Source: Vulcanimicrobiota bacterium (lineage in GTDB: Bacteria > Vulcanimicrobiota > SpSt-956 > JAKJGF01). Taken from it: a stretch of DNA of 64,000 nucleotides. The translations under genes and the position numbers were made by a program. The notes beneath the pieces are model-generated. The model was not told the DNA's origin, did not search any database, and saw nothing but the letters and a program-made list of their open reading frames with translations. The stretch covers positions 3,948-67,947 of the forward strand of contig JBEHWO010000003.1 in NCBI GenBank assembly GCA_040217695.1. Reading direction: 5' to 3'. Positions 8,849 to 18,159 of this stretch are shown here, piece by piece; the stretch's first letter is position 1; the number at the start of each line of letters is the position of its first letter.

Positions 8849-11293
8849 TCACCCTTCACTGATCCTTATAATATCGGCAAAAACTCCCGAAGCAGTTACT
8901 TCTGCTCCTGCTCCCGGCCCTTTTACCACAAGAGGTCTTTCCTTATATCTTTCTGTGGTAAAGGCGATTATGTTATCACTGCCTGAGAGGGTGAAAAAAG
9001 GATGGTTACTGTCTATTTCTTTAAGAGAAATATTGCCTCTGTTATGTTCCAGAGAAGAAATATATCTGAGAGATTTTCCTTTTGTTTCCGCTTCTCTTTT
9101 TATAGTTTCAAAGTAATCATCCGATTTCTCTAATTCTATCATAAATTTATCCACCGTTTCTGCCTTCTGACAGTTTTCCGGCAGAAAACTTTCAATCTTG
9201 ATATCTTCCAGTTCCATGGCCAGCCCTGTTTCTCTTGCCAGTATCAGGAGTTTTCTCGCACCATCAATGGAATTCAGATCATCTCTCGGATCTGGTTCTG
9301 TAAATCCTTTATCTTTTGCTTCCTTTACAACCGTGCTGAACCTTCTGGTTCCTGTAAAATTATTGAAAATATAACTTAAAGTGCCTGATAAAATAGCTTC
9401 TATCTTTAAAATTTTATCTCCGCTTGAAATTAAATCTTTTAACGTGCTTATAACAGGCAGCGCTGCTCCTACATTTGTTTCATATAAATATTTTACTCCA
9501 TATTTTGCGGCAGTATCTTTCAATTCTTTGTAAGTTTTATAATCCCTTGCATTGGCTTTTTTATTCGGTGTTACAATAGAAATACTTGATTTTAATAAGT
9601 CTTTGTAAAAGGCAATGATTTTTTCACTGGCAGTGCAGTCTACAAAAACACTGTTTGACAGATTCAAATCTTTTATTGTTTTTATGAATGTTTCCGTACA
9701 GGAAGTCTTTCCTTCTTCCTGAAGGATTGTTTTCCATTCTGACAGGCATATGCCGTCTTCGTCAAAAAACATTTTTTTCGTATTTGCAAGACCGGTCAGT
9801 TTTATATCAAGTGCATGTTTCCTGAGAAGGTATTCTTTCTGTCGTTCTATTTGCTTTATCAATGTTTTTCCTATCTGACCTGTACCTGCTAAAAATACAT
9901 GCAATGATTTTGTGTCTGAAAGGAAAAATGCTTCATGTATTACATTCAGCGCTTTTGCTTCATCATATTTATTTATGACAACAGATATATTTAATTCCGA
10001 TGAACCCTGTGCAATGGCAACTACATTGATACCGTTTTTCCCGAGAGCCCGGAATAATCTTCCTGATATGCCGGGAGTTCTTTTCATGTTTTCCCCTACT
10101 ATGCCAATAACGGAAAAATTATCTTCTACAATGACCTCGTCTATTTCATTTAATTTTATTTCCCTGGAAAATTCTTCTTCAATGATTTTTTTTGCGAACA
10201 TTGTTTTTTCCGGGTTTATGGCGAAACAGATTGAATGTTCCGAAGAGGCCTGCGTTATAAGGATAATATTGATTTTCCCCTTTGCCAGTGCGCCGAATAA
10301 TCTCATTGCAATACCGGCAACACCGATCATACCGCTTCCTTCTACTCTGAGAAGTGAAATGTTTTCAATAGAGGAAATACCTTTTACAAGGTATCTGCCT
10401 GTTACAGGAGTATCTGAGATCAGTGTACCGGCAAAATCCTGATTGAAGGTATTTTTTATTCTCACAGGTATCTTTTTCTCGAAAGCAGGTATCAGTGTGG
10501 GCGGATATATAACTTTTGCACCGAAATGAGACATTTCCATCGCTTCTTTATAGGTTATATGTTTTACGGGAAAGGCCTTTTTTACTTTTTTCGGGTCTGT
10601 AGTCATTATGCCGTCTACATCTGTCCATATTTCTATTTCAGTTGCTCCCAGGGCTGAACCGAATATGGACGCACTGTAATCAGAACCTCCCCTTCCAAGG
10701 GTGGTAATTTCGTTTTGTTCTGTAGAAGCTATAAAGCCTGTGATAATCTGCAGCTTTCTGTGAGACTGAAAGTAGTCTTTTATAAGTTCACATGTTAATT
10801 CCTGATTTACTTTTCCATTGCCAAAATTATTATCTGTTTTTATAACAGTTCGCCCGTCCAGGTATTCATTTTCAATATGATGTACATTAAGAGTTTCACT
10901 TATTATGGAAGCAGAAAGCCTCTCTCCGAAACTCATAATAAAATCCAGTGTTCTTGGCGAAAGTTCTTTTATTAAATATACTCCGTGAAGAACATTTCCA
11001 AGTTCCTGAAACATGTCATCTATAATTGAGAAGATGGGCCCTGTATGTCCTGTTAAAATATCTGCCGTATTTACGTGCCTTTCTTTCAGGCTATTCAGCA
11101 AATTTATATATTTTATATCACCTGTTTCAGCCATTCTGCCTGTTTCTATTAATTTATCCGTTACACCGGAAAAAGCCGAAAAAACTGCACATATTTCTTC
11201 TTCTTTTTTTAGATATTTTTCCATAATATGAAGTACGTGGAGAATTTTTTCAGGTTTTTCCACCGAGGTTCCGCCAAATTTTAATATTTTCAT
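8849..11293 (-). CDS. thrA: Bifunctional aspartokinase/homoserine dehydrogenase
   Basis: MKILKFGGTSV, TTLGRGGSDYSA, two ACT domains, GTGQIG, ETNVGAALP, TEPDPRDDL; start MKILKFGG after GAGGT RBS. Confidence 0.96.
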   Translation of the reverse strand: MKILKFGGTSVEKPEKILHVLHIMEKYLKKEEEICAVFSAFSGVTDKLIETGRMAETGDIKYINLLNSLKERHVNTADILTGHTGPIFSIIDDMFQELGNVLHGVYLIKELSPRTLDFIMSFGERLSASIISETLNVHHIENEYLDGRTVIKTDNNFGNGKVNQELTCELIKDYFQSHRKLQIITGFIASTEQNEITTLGRGGSDYSASIFGSALGATEIEIWTDVDGIMTTDPKKVKKAFPVKHITYKEAMEMSHFGAKVIYPPTLIPAFEKKIPVRIKNTFNQDFAGTLISDTPVTGRYLVKGISSIENISLLRVEGSGMIGVAGIAMRLFGALAKGKINIILITQASSEHSICFAINPEKTMFAKKIIEEEFSREIKLNEIDEVIVEDNFSVIGIVGENMKRTPGISGRLFRALGKNGINVVAIAQGSSELNISVVINKYDEAKALNVIHEAFFLSDTKSLHVFLAGTGQIGKTLIKQIERQKEYLLRKHALDIKLTGLANTKKMFFDEDGICLSEWKTILQEEGKTSCTETFIKTIKDLNLSNSVFVDCTASEKIIAFYKDLLKSSISIVTPNKKANARDYKTYKELKDTAAKYGVKYLYETNVGAALPVISTLKDLISSGDKILKIEAILSGTLSYIFNNFTGTRRFSTVVKEAKDKGFTEPDPRDDLNSIDGARKLLILARETGLAMELEDIKIESFLPENCQKAETVDKFMIELEKSDDYFETIKREAETKGKSLRYISSLEHNRGNISLKEIDSNHPFFTLSGSDNIIAFTTERYKERPLVVKGPGAGAEVTASGVFADIIRISEG

Positions 11294-11313
11294 GATTTTT
11301 CTTACCTCTTGAA

Positions 11314-11346
11314 TCGCGTGATGCGTGATGCGTGATGCGTGATATG
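11314..11346. repeat. (GCGTGAT)x4 heptamer array just upstream of thrA RBS
   Basis: cgcgtgatgcgtgatgcgtgatgcgtgat. Confidence 0.85.
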
Positions 11347-11411
11347 CGGCCGGTTGTGCAGTAAGGAAAATACTCATCCTGTGACACATCAACGGATCTA
11401 CAGGGGGATAC

Positions 11412-11453
11412 AAAAATCTCAGGAGGGAAATTCGATACGGTTCCCTCCTGAGA
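11412..11453 (-). terminator. Rho-independent terminator
   Basis: 13-bp stem TCTCAGGAGGGAA/TTCCCTCCTGAGA followed by TTTTT on minus strand, just after the 11459 stop. Confidence 0.7.
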
Positions 11454-11458
11454 AGAAA

Positions 11459-11695
11459 TTAATCAAATCTGTTTATATCATTTGTTACTGCCACAATAAA
11501 GTCCCATCTTATGAGTGTTATATAGGCTTCATCTTTTACAGTCTTTTTTATATAAAGGCCAAGGTCATCATGGCCTGCATAAAGACCGCTTATAGATCTT
11601 GACTTTTCAAATAGTTCTGCATCTTCTGTGAGAAAAACCAGAATAGATCTGTTTCCTGCTTTTTCTATGAGCATTTTTCCGAATGCTATGTCCAT
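11459..11695 (-). CDS. Small hypothetical protein
   Basis: AAGGAGG RBS, ATG, downstream terminator. Confidence 0.65.
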   Translation of the reverse strand: MDIAFGKMLIEKAGNRSILVFLTEDAELFEKSRSISGLYAGHDDLGLYIKKTVKDEAYITLIRWDFIVAVTNDINRFD

Positions 11696-11742
11696 AATAT
11701 CCCTCCTTAATCTCTACCGGAGTATTGTTCTGATGTGTCGCA

Positions 11743-11795
11743 GTGTGCCAGGAAATAACCAGATAAATTTGCCGGAGTTATTTTCTTTCAGTCCC
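11743..11795 (-). repeat. Short core-less member of the GGGACTGTAAGAAAATAAC family
   Basis: Minus strand GGGACTGAAAGAAAATAACTCCGGCAAATTTATCTGGTTATTTCCTGGCACAC matches both ends of 40417-40525 and 45749-45858. Confidence 0.6.
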
Positions 11796-11959
11796 ACGGG
11801 ATTGCTTCTGTTAAAACTTTATTTCATGGTACGATTACACACACCATCGGCCACTATCAATTTATTCTTTAAACATTTAAAAAATTCGACTGTGTCATAA
11901 ATTTTGTGTAAATCTCTGTTAAATCTTTATTGTATGGTACACAAAGCTTCTTGCACTAT

Positions 11960-12556
11960 CTAAAATTCTCGTCTTCCCTCCATGGCTTTAAGAAGGGTTG
12001 TCTTATCGGCATATTCTATGTCCGACCCTACAGGCAGTCCGTATGCCAGTCTTGTAAGCCTGATGCCCATTGGTTTTATTTCATGGGCCAGGTAAAGAGC
12101 CGTCGCATCACCTTTTATATCATAATTGGTAGCGAGGATTACTTCTTTTGTAGAAAATTCTTTTATTCTCTTTATCAGTTCTTTGATTTTCAGTTCAGAA
12201 GGTCCTATACCGTCTATAGGTGATATAACACCGTGAAGCACATGGTATCTCCCTTTAAAGGAACCTGCTCTTTCCAGAGCTATTACGTCCTGACATTCTG
12301 CTACAACACAGAGGATATTATCACTTCTCTTTTCATCCCTGCATATATAGCAGATTTCTCCTTCTGCTATATTAAAACATCTGCTGCAATAGCTTATTTT
12401 TTCTTTTACTTCCATTATGGATTCTGCAAGTTTGCAGGCTTCTTCTTTAGGAAGTTTGAAGAGATAAAAAGCCAGTCTCTGAGCTGTTTTAGGGCCTATG
12501 GTAGGCAATTTTGTCAGCTCATTTATCAATTTTGTCATAGCAGGTATCTGTTGCAT
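11960..12556 (-). CDS. recR: Recombination mediator RecR
   Basis: LPTIGPKTAQRLA HhH, C4 zinc finger, YHVLHGVISP Toprim, LAYGLPVG. Confidence 0.97.
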   Translation of the reverse strand: MQQIPAMTKLINELTKLPTIGPKTAQRLAFYLFKLPKEEACKLAESIMEVKEKISYCSRCFNIAEGEICYICRDEKRSDNILCVVAECQDVIALERAGSFKGRYHVLHGVISPIDGIGPSELKIKELIKRIKEFSTKEVILATNYDIKGDATALYLAHEIKPMGIRLTRLAYGLPVGSDIEYADKTTLLKAMEGRREF

Positions 12557-12562
12557 AGAATA

Positions 12563-12874
12563 TTACATAAGACCAGGTATCTTAATACCTCCTGTTAACT
12601 GAGACATTCTTTGAGCAGAAAGTTCCTGTGCTTTTTCCAGGGCTTTGTTTACTGCAACTACAACCAGGTCTTCAAGCATACTCATATCTTCAGGATCTAC
12701 TACAGATGGATCTATCTTTACACTGTGAACTTTTAACTGTCCTGTTACAGTAGCTTTTACCATGCCGCCGCCTGCGCTTTCCTCTACCAGTTCTGCTGCA
12801 AGCTGATCCTGAATTTTCATCATATCATCCTGCATTTTTTTGATCTGATTCATCATTTTTTTGGGGTTCATCAT
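12563..12874 (-). CDS. ybaB: YbaB/EbfC nucleoid-associated protein
   Basis: SAGGGMVKATVTG, IDPSVVDPED..MLEDL; dnaX-ybaB-recR synteny; GAGGAGG RBS. Confidence 0.95.
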   Translation of the reverse strand: MMNPKKMMNQIKKMQDDMMKIQDQLAAELVEESAGGGMVKATVTGQLKVHSVKIDPSVVDPEDMSMLEDLVVVAVNKALEKAQELSAQRMSQLTGGIKIPGLM

Positions 12875-12894
12875 AATTTTTTTCCTCCTCATAA

Positions 12895-12932
12895 ATCACT
12901 GATCACTGATCACTGATCACCGATCACTGTTA
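12895..12932 (-). repeat. (GTGATCA)x5 heptamer array directly after dnaX stop
   Basis: Minus strand TAAcagTGAtcggTGAtcagTGAtcagTGAtcagTGA. Confidence 0.88.
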
Positions 12933-14759
12933 TATAATTATTTCTCCTTCAAATAGTTTTGTCACTTCGTCTATAGTAGGACCTTCAGCTTCTCTTTTTT
13001 TCGTTTTTTTTTCAGGAGAATTATTTTCTTCACCAAAAAGGCTTATTTCCTGAACTTTTTTTTCTACTAATTTAGTTTTTAATAAAAATTGTTTCCCGAA
13101 GAATCTCTCCAGGGAATTTTCTATTTTATTTTTATTGTCTTCTATGCGATCTTTGTAAAAAGAATGAGTGAAAGACAGGGTTAATATATTACCCTTTAAT
13201 TCGGATAATTCTCCCTGAATCATGGGCTGATAGAGAGGCACGTTCTCCCCTTTAAATCTGTAAAGGAAATCGTCCCATCGCTTTTTTATCATATGAAAAT
13301 CTATATATTTCTCTGTTTTTTCTTCTATCACAGGGGGCTGTATATCAGGACTTTCTTCTTCCATCGCCGCTGCAAATATCTGTTCATCCAGAATGGGCGG
13401 GGAAGGGATTATTTCTTCTTCTACAGGTTCCTGTGGTTCTTCCGGAGGAATAAATTCTCCATATTCCTCTGTAGCAGGCAGTTCTGCAGCAATGGGAAGG
13501 GGTACCGGTTTTTCTGTTATAATATTTTCTCTGTGTAACTCTTCTGCAGGGGATTCATCCGGTTCACAGGGAACTTTTTTTGTACCTATAATTTCAGGCA
13601 GTCTTTTGATTTTTTCTTCCAGTTCTGTCAGCCTTTCTTCCAGAACATCGGGAGATCTGTCGGCGCTCCTGTGGCACATACGGAGAAATGTTATCTCTGT
13701 CTGTATATGCCACTGGCTGTCCCAGGTTAACTGATATTTTAAATCTGTAAGTAGTTTTAACATATTCATTATTCTCGGAACAGTTATATTTTTTGCCTGA
13801 TTTTCCATTTCTTTTACAGAGGCAGGTATCCTGTCTACAAGTCTCTTCTGGGAAGGACATATTTTGATTACAAGGAGATCCCTGAAATATTTTATAAATT
13901 CTTTTATTACCTGATTTATATCCTTGCCTTCTTCTATTAATTTTCTGGTCAGTGTAAGAATGGTTCCTCCATCCTGTTTTATTACGCAGTCTGCAAGGTC
14001 CAGTAAAATCTTTTCACTTAAATTACCGAGAACTATTTCTGCATCGGATAGTTTTATATCTTTACCACAGAAAGATATGACCTGATCCAGCATACTCAGT
14101 GCATCACGAAGAGAACCTTCGGAACTTCCCGCTATTAAGTTCAAAACAGATTCTTCTATCTTTAACTGCTCTTTTTTTGAAATATCTTTCAGATGATTTA
14201 CAGTGTCATTTATGGAGATTCTCCTGAAATCAAAACGCTGACAGCGGGATAATATGGTTGGTAAAAGTTTATGAGGTTCTGTCGTGGCAAGGACAAATAT
14301 AACATGTTTCGGAGGTTCTTCAAGGGTTTTAAGAAGTGCATTGAAGGCTTCCTTTGTTAACATATGAACTTCATCTACTATATAGACTTTATATCTCCCT
14401 CTTGTAGGGGCATATTTAACCTTTTCCCTCAGTTCCCTTATTTCATTTATGCCTCTGTTTGAGGCTCCGTCTATTTCTATTACATCAAGGGCTGATCCGG
14501 CGGAAATTTGCATACATGTTTCACATCTGTTACATGGCTCAGGAGTAGGTCCTTTTTCGCAGTTAAGTGCTTTGGCGAGTATTCTGGCAGTACTGGTTTT
14601 CCCTGTACCTCTCGGACCGCAGAAAAGATAGGCATGAGTTATTCTCTCATGTTCAATGGCATTTTTGACTGTTTTTGTAACATGAATCTGACCTACTATT
14701 TCATCAAAGGTCTGAGAACGCCATTTACGATATAAAGAAAGAAAAGACACTTTTACCAC
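12930..14759 (-). CDS. dnaX: DNA polymerase III subunit gamma/tau
   Basis: LYRKWR..TF, GPRGTGKT, EIDGASN, DEVHML, SRCQRF; acidic Pro-rich linker. Confidence 0.97.
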   Translation of the reverse strand: MVKVSFLSLYRKWRSQTFDEIVGQIHVTKTVKNAIEHERITHAYLFCGPRGTGKTSTARILAKALNCEKGPTPEPCNRCETCMQISAGSALDVIEIDGASNRGINEIRELREKVKYAPTRGRYKVYIVDEVHMLTKEAFNALLKTLEEPPKHVIFVLATTEPHKLLPTILSRCQRFDFRRISINDTVNHLKDISKKEQLKIEESVLNLIAGSSEGSLRDALSMLDQVISFCGKDIKLSDAEIVLGNLSEKILLDLADCVIKQDGGTILTLTRKLIEEGKDINQVIKEFIKYFRDLLVIKICPSQKRLVDRIPASVKEMENQAKNITVPRIMNMLKLLTDLKYQLTWDSQWHIQTEITFLRMCHRSADRSPDVLEERLTELEEKIKRLPEIIGTKKVPCEPDESPAEELHRENIITEKPVPLPIAAELPATEEYGEFIPPEEPQEPVEEEIIPSPPILDEQIFAAAMEEESPDIQPPVIEEKTEKYIDFHMIKKRWDDFLYRFKGENVPLYQPMIQGELSELKGNILTLSFTHSFYKDRIEDNKNKIENSLERFFGKQFLLKTKLVEKKVQEISLFGEENNSPEKKTKKREAEGPTIDEVTKLFEGEIII

Positions 14760-14801
14760 CTGAATTTCTTTTTCTGAATTTCCCTGAATTAGAATTTATA
14801 G

Positions 14802-14826
14802 ATTCGACTTAAAGATATAAAGTCCT
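14802..14826 (-). promoter_or_regulatory. Putative SigH-like promoter of dnaX operon
   Basis: AGGA-N17-GAAT (AAAGGACTTTATATCTTTAAGTCGAAT). Confidence 0.5.
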
Positions 14827-14889
14827 TTATATTTTAACTATGAAGGATTTTCTCTTTATATAAAAGAATAAATTCTTATGGATAATTAT

Positions 14890-15029
14890 CTTGATAATGT
14901 CACATTTAATAAAATAGCAATTGGCAATTAGCAGTTAGCTGTTAGCTTTCGAGTAATAATTAAAGCTAATCGCTAACAGCTGATAGCTAATAACTATTTT
15001 ATCAAAGCAGGTAATATGACAATGTCAGG
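14890..15029. mobile_element. MITE-like element with CTTGACAATGTCA-type ends and TTAGC/GCTAA heptamer hairpin, copy 1
   Basis: Imperfect 17-bp terminal inverted repeats; close copy at 45863-46009. Confidence 0.7.
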
Positions 15030-15030
15030 T

Positions 15031-15124
15031 TATAATTTAAAGGTATAGGAATTTTCATTTTTAATGGTGTAAAATAAGGCTTTAGATGAAAATTAAGTAA
15101 AGGCAGTTTATCTGAATAATTTAA
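15031..15124 (+). repeat. Dispersed AT-rich repeat (TAATTTAAAGGTATAGG...TCTGAATAATTTAA)
   Basis: Similar to 37959-38050; 3' part also at 36222-36264 and split around the 55464-55594 element. Confidence 0.65.
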
Positions 15125-15136
15125 GAGGTGATAGTA

Positions 15137-16504
15137 TTGAACGTAAATCCGTATATTTTCAGAGAATATGATATCCGCGGAGTTGTCAGGGAAGATTTTA
15201 CGAAGGATCTTATTATAAATCTCGGTAAAGCACTGGGGACTTTTTACAGTAATCATGGTGTTACAGAAATAACCCTGGGGAGAGATTGCCGGTTGAGTTC
15301 TCCCTCTCTCCATGACTGGTTGCTTGCAGGACTTCTGACTTCAGGCATTAATGTTATAGATATAGGACTCTCTCATACCCCTCTCCTTTATTTTTCTCTT
15401 TTCCATCTTTCTGCAGGAGGAGGAGTGATGATCACCGGAAGTCACAACCCTCCCGATAATAACGGATTTAAAATATGCCTGGGAAAAAGTACCATTCATG
15501 GAAAAGAAATACAGCAATTGAGAAAGATAATGGAAGACGAATCTTTTGTTTCAGGAACAGGCTCTGTCAGAGAAATAGATCTTAAAGAAATTTATAAAAA
15601 AGAAGTTTTTTCCAGACTTAAAAGGGGTGGCAGAACTGTTAAGGTGGTTATAGATGCTGGGAACGGCACAGGCGGACTTTTCGCACCTGATATATACAGA
15701 AAAATGGGTATGGAAGTAATAGAACTTTACTGTAATCCTGACGGACATTTCCCAAATCATCATCCTGACCCTACTGTGGAGGATTATATGAAAGATCTGA
15801 CTGAAAGAGTCAGGGAAGAAGGGGCAGACCTTGGTATTGCCTTTGACGGAGACGCAGACAGGATTGGCGTAATAAATGATACGGGGAAAATCATCTGGGG
15901 TGATCAGTTAATGATTCTTTTTTCCAGAGAAATTTTAAAGGAACATCCGGGGGCATCTTTTATTTCCGAAGTCAAATGCTCTCAGACCCTCTTTGATGAC
16001 ATAGAAGCTCATGGAGGCCGTGCCATCATGTGGAAAGTAGGCCATTCCCTTATAAAAAAGAAACTTGCAGAAGAGAAAGCACTTCTGGCAGGGGAGATGA
16101 GCGGCCACATATTTTTTGCCCACAGATATTTCGGCTTTGACGATGCCGTATATTCAGGGGGAAGGGTTCTGGAAATTCTCTCTGAAACAGATAAACCTCT
16201 CTCTGAATTACTTTCAGATATTCCGGCAACCGTAAATACTCCTGAAATAAGATTTCCCTGTCCCGATGAGATAAAATTTGAAATTGTAAAAAAAGTGGTT
16301 ACATATTTCAAGGAAAAACATAAAGTGGTGGATATAGACGGTGCAAGGGTAATTTTCCCTGAAGGATGGGCCCTTGTGAGAGCTTCAAATACACAGCCTG
16401 TTATCGTTATGAGGTTTGAAGCTACTACTGGAGAAGAACTTACCCGAATAAGAAGATCTGTGGAAGAAATATTGGAAAAAATGATGAAAATTGTAAAATT
16501 ATAA
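15137..16504 (+). CDS. Phosphomannomutase/phosphoglucomutase
   Basis: IFREYDIRG, TGSHNP, FDGDADR, GEMSGH, RASNT; probable TTG start after GAGGTG. Confidence 0.95.
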   Translation: MNVNPYIFREYDIRGVVREDFTKDLIINLGKALGTFYSNHGVTEITLGRDCRLSSPSLHDWLLAGLLTSGINVIDIGLSHTPLLYFSLFHLSAGGGVMITGSHNPPDNNGFKICLGKSTIHGKEIQQLRKIMEDESFVSGTGSVREIDLKEIYKKEVFSRLKRGGRTVKVVIDAGNGTGGLFAPDIYRKMGMEVIELYCNPDGHFPNHHPDPTVEDYMKDLTERVREEGADLGIAFDGDADRIGVINDTGKIIWGDQLMILFSREILKEHPGASFISEVKCSQTLFDDIEAHGGRAIMWKVGHSLIKKKLAEEKALLAGEMSGHIFFAHRYFGFDDAVYSGGRVLEILSETDKPLSELLSDIPATVNTPEIRFPCPDEIKFEIVKKVVTYFKEKHKVVDIDGARVIFPEGWALVRASNTQPVIVMRFEATTGEELTRIRRSVEEILEKMMKIVKL

Positions 16505-16517
16505 TAAAATTCCTGAA

Positions 16518-16542
16518 GAGGGCAGGCAGAGGCCTGCCCCTC
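16518..16542. terminator. GC-rich hairpin between convergent genes
   Basis: GAGGGCAGGC-AGAG-GCCTGCCCCTC. Confidence 0.6.
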
Positions 16543-16546
16543 ATTA

Positions 16547-17602
16547 CTATTTCGTAGTAAGTTTTACGGCATTTGAATAGGGGCCATCAAACTCTTTACC
16601 CTTTTCATAGCCTCTCTCGAAAACAACATAATAATAGGTCTGGCCGGAAACAGCTGTGTTATCCGTAAAAGAATAATAGCCTTTCCCCGGCATACCGTAA
16701 CTGTTTTCATAATTGAAAAATTTAATGTCTTCTTTTTTAGAACCGGAAAACTCCTTCGTTGAACGTGCTACTACATAAATACGCATCATTTCTTCATTGT
16801 TTTCTTTCCTGTTCCAGTGAAGTACGTTATTGGGGGTAGCCATTTCTTTGCCTGTGAGTATATTTTGCAACGGTTTCATCTGTTCCATTTTCTCCATATT
16901 CCCGGAAGGGTCGAAATACATGGAATTTTTATCAGACTCTTTCATAATGATTATTACACCTGTTTTTGTCTCTCCTTCTCCCACTTCTGCCTTTACTCCC
17001 GATTCATTTTTCTGGGACATTTCATACTTTACCGCACTGGCAGTAAGGGTGAATGTGCCGGGAGTGGTACGTACACTGAAATAGCCTTTCCCGTCAGCTT
17101 TTACGGAGAAATGTCTCTGTGAACCCATCATCTGAGCCATTATATCCTCGGGAGACATGTTTTGCATTGCTTCATAGTTGATTTTTTGCTCCATAGATGC
17201 ATTAACACCTGCTTCCGCTACAGGTTTATTTCCTTCGTCCACTACCTGACCTTTTATATAACAGGTAGTTTTTTTCATTTCAATATTGATATTTTCCTTT
17301 ACTTCTTCGGCACCTGTTGTAACTGTAAGTGCTTTTTCCATATAATACCCGTCTTTTTCCGCAGTAACAGTCCATGTACCTTCTCCGACACCCAGGGCGT
17401 AGTTACCGTTCGTTGCATCTGTCGCAAAGACAAACCCTCCCTGGCCTATTGCATTTACCCTGACTTCAGTCAGAACAGAACCTTCGCAGGTGATGTTACC
17501 TGAAATGTAAGCCTTCTGAAATGTTCCGGGTAATTCCCTGGCTGAAACAGAACAAAAAAGTATTAGAGATAGTGTAATTACTAAACATGTTAATAATTTC
17601 AT
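16547..17602 (-). CDS. Secreted protein with carboxypeptidase-regulatory-like beta domains and Fn3-like C-terminus
   Basis: Signal peptide MKLLTCL...VSA; G.W.VTAEKDGY and IKGQVVDEGNKPV motifs; YYYVV...PYSN. Confidence 0.65.
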   Translation of the reverse strand: MKLLTCLVITLSLILFCSVSARELPGTFQKAYISGNITCEGSVLTEVRVNAIGQGGFVFATDATNGNYALGVGEGTWTVTAEKDGYYMEKALTVTTGAEEVKENINIEMKKTTCYIKGQVVDEGNKPVAEAGVNASMEQKINYEAMQNMSPEDIMAQMMGSQRHFSVKADGKGYFSVRTTPGTFTLTASAVKYEMSQKNESGVKAEVGEGETKTGVIIIMKESDKNSMYFDPSGNMEKMEQMKPLQNILTGKEMATPNNVLHWNRKENNEEMMRIYVVARSTKEFSGSKKEDIKFFNYENSYGMPGKGYYSFTDNTAVSGQTYYYVVFERGYEKGKEFDGPYSNAVKLTTK

Positions 17603-17643
17603 AATTTTACTTCCTTTCTTTAATAATATTACGGATAACATTA

Positions 17644-17826
17644 TATAGTGTATTTCATAACCTGTTAAAATTTACTTATGCTCTCGTGACGCGTAACGCG
17701 TGACGGGAAGAAAATCTAAAGTCAGCAGGTGTTCGTAATGCATGCTTCTTCACGCATCACGCATCACGCATTACGCATTACGCATCACGATGTTATTATT
17801 TATTGAGAGTTATGAAACTGACTATA
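17644..17826. mobile_element. MITE-like element with TATAGTGTATTTCATAAC ends and two opposed heptamer arrays
   Basis: 15/18 terminal inverted repeat; internal CGTGACGCGTAACGCGTGACG and (TCACGCA/TTACGCA)x6. Confidence 0.7.
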
Positions 17827-17892
17827 ATTACGGTATATATATAATATTTGCTTAACCGTATATTTTACCTTCTATCAGATGAAATATTAATT

Positions 17893-17993
17893 GACTGTAA
17901 TAAAATAATTCTGGCAAATTATGTTTACTGTCCTCCCGTCACGCGTCACGCGTCACGCGTCACGATTCTAAATATGATATGGTTATTTTTTTA
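17893..17993 (+). repeat. GACTGTAA..CTGGCAAATTATG-[CGTCACG]x4-..AAATATGATATGGTTATTT element
   Basis: Same family as 40417-40525 and 45749-45858. Confidence 0.75.
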
Positions 17994-18159
17994 GCGTAAT
18001 GTTTACGCATCACTTATCATTCATAACCTGTCCCGATTATTTAAATACTATGTTTTTTCTGTTTTCCTTGTATGAACCGAAATTATTTGCTCCGAGAAAA
18101 ACACTGTGATATAATATATTATATCTCCGGTAGCCCTGAAGTGATTGGAAGGGAAAAAT

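Noticed and set aside
11294-11413. 40-aa N-terminal extension of ThrA (and similar extension of ThrC to 7897)
   Set aside because: Read-through of heptamer arrays; homology and RBS point to MKILKFGG and MITFYST
11346-11453. thr attenuator, T-box or riboswitch upstream of thrA
   Set aside because: No Thr/Ile leader peptide or T-box/lysine/SAM consensus recognised; the hairpin fits the terminator of the upstream gene
14760-14890. SRP RNA (ffs) or tRNA upstream of dnaX
   Set aside because: AT-rich, with no GC stem or SRP consensus loop
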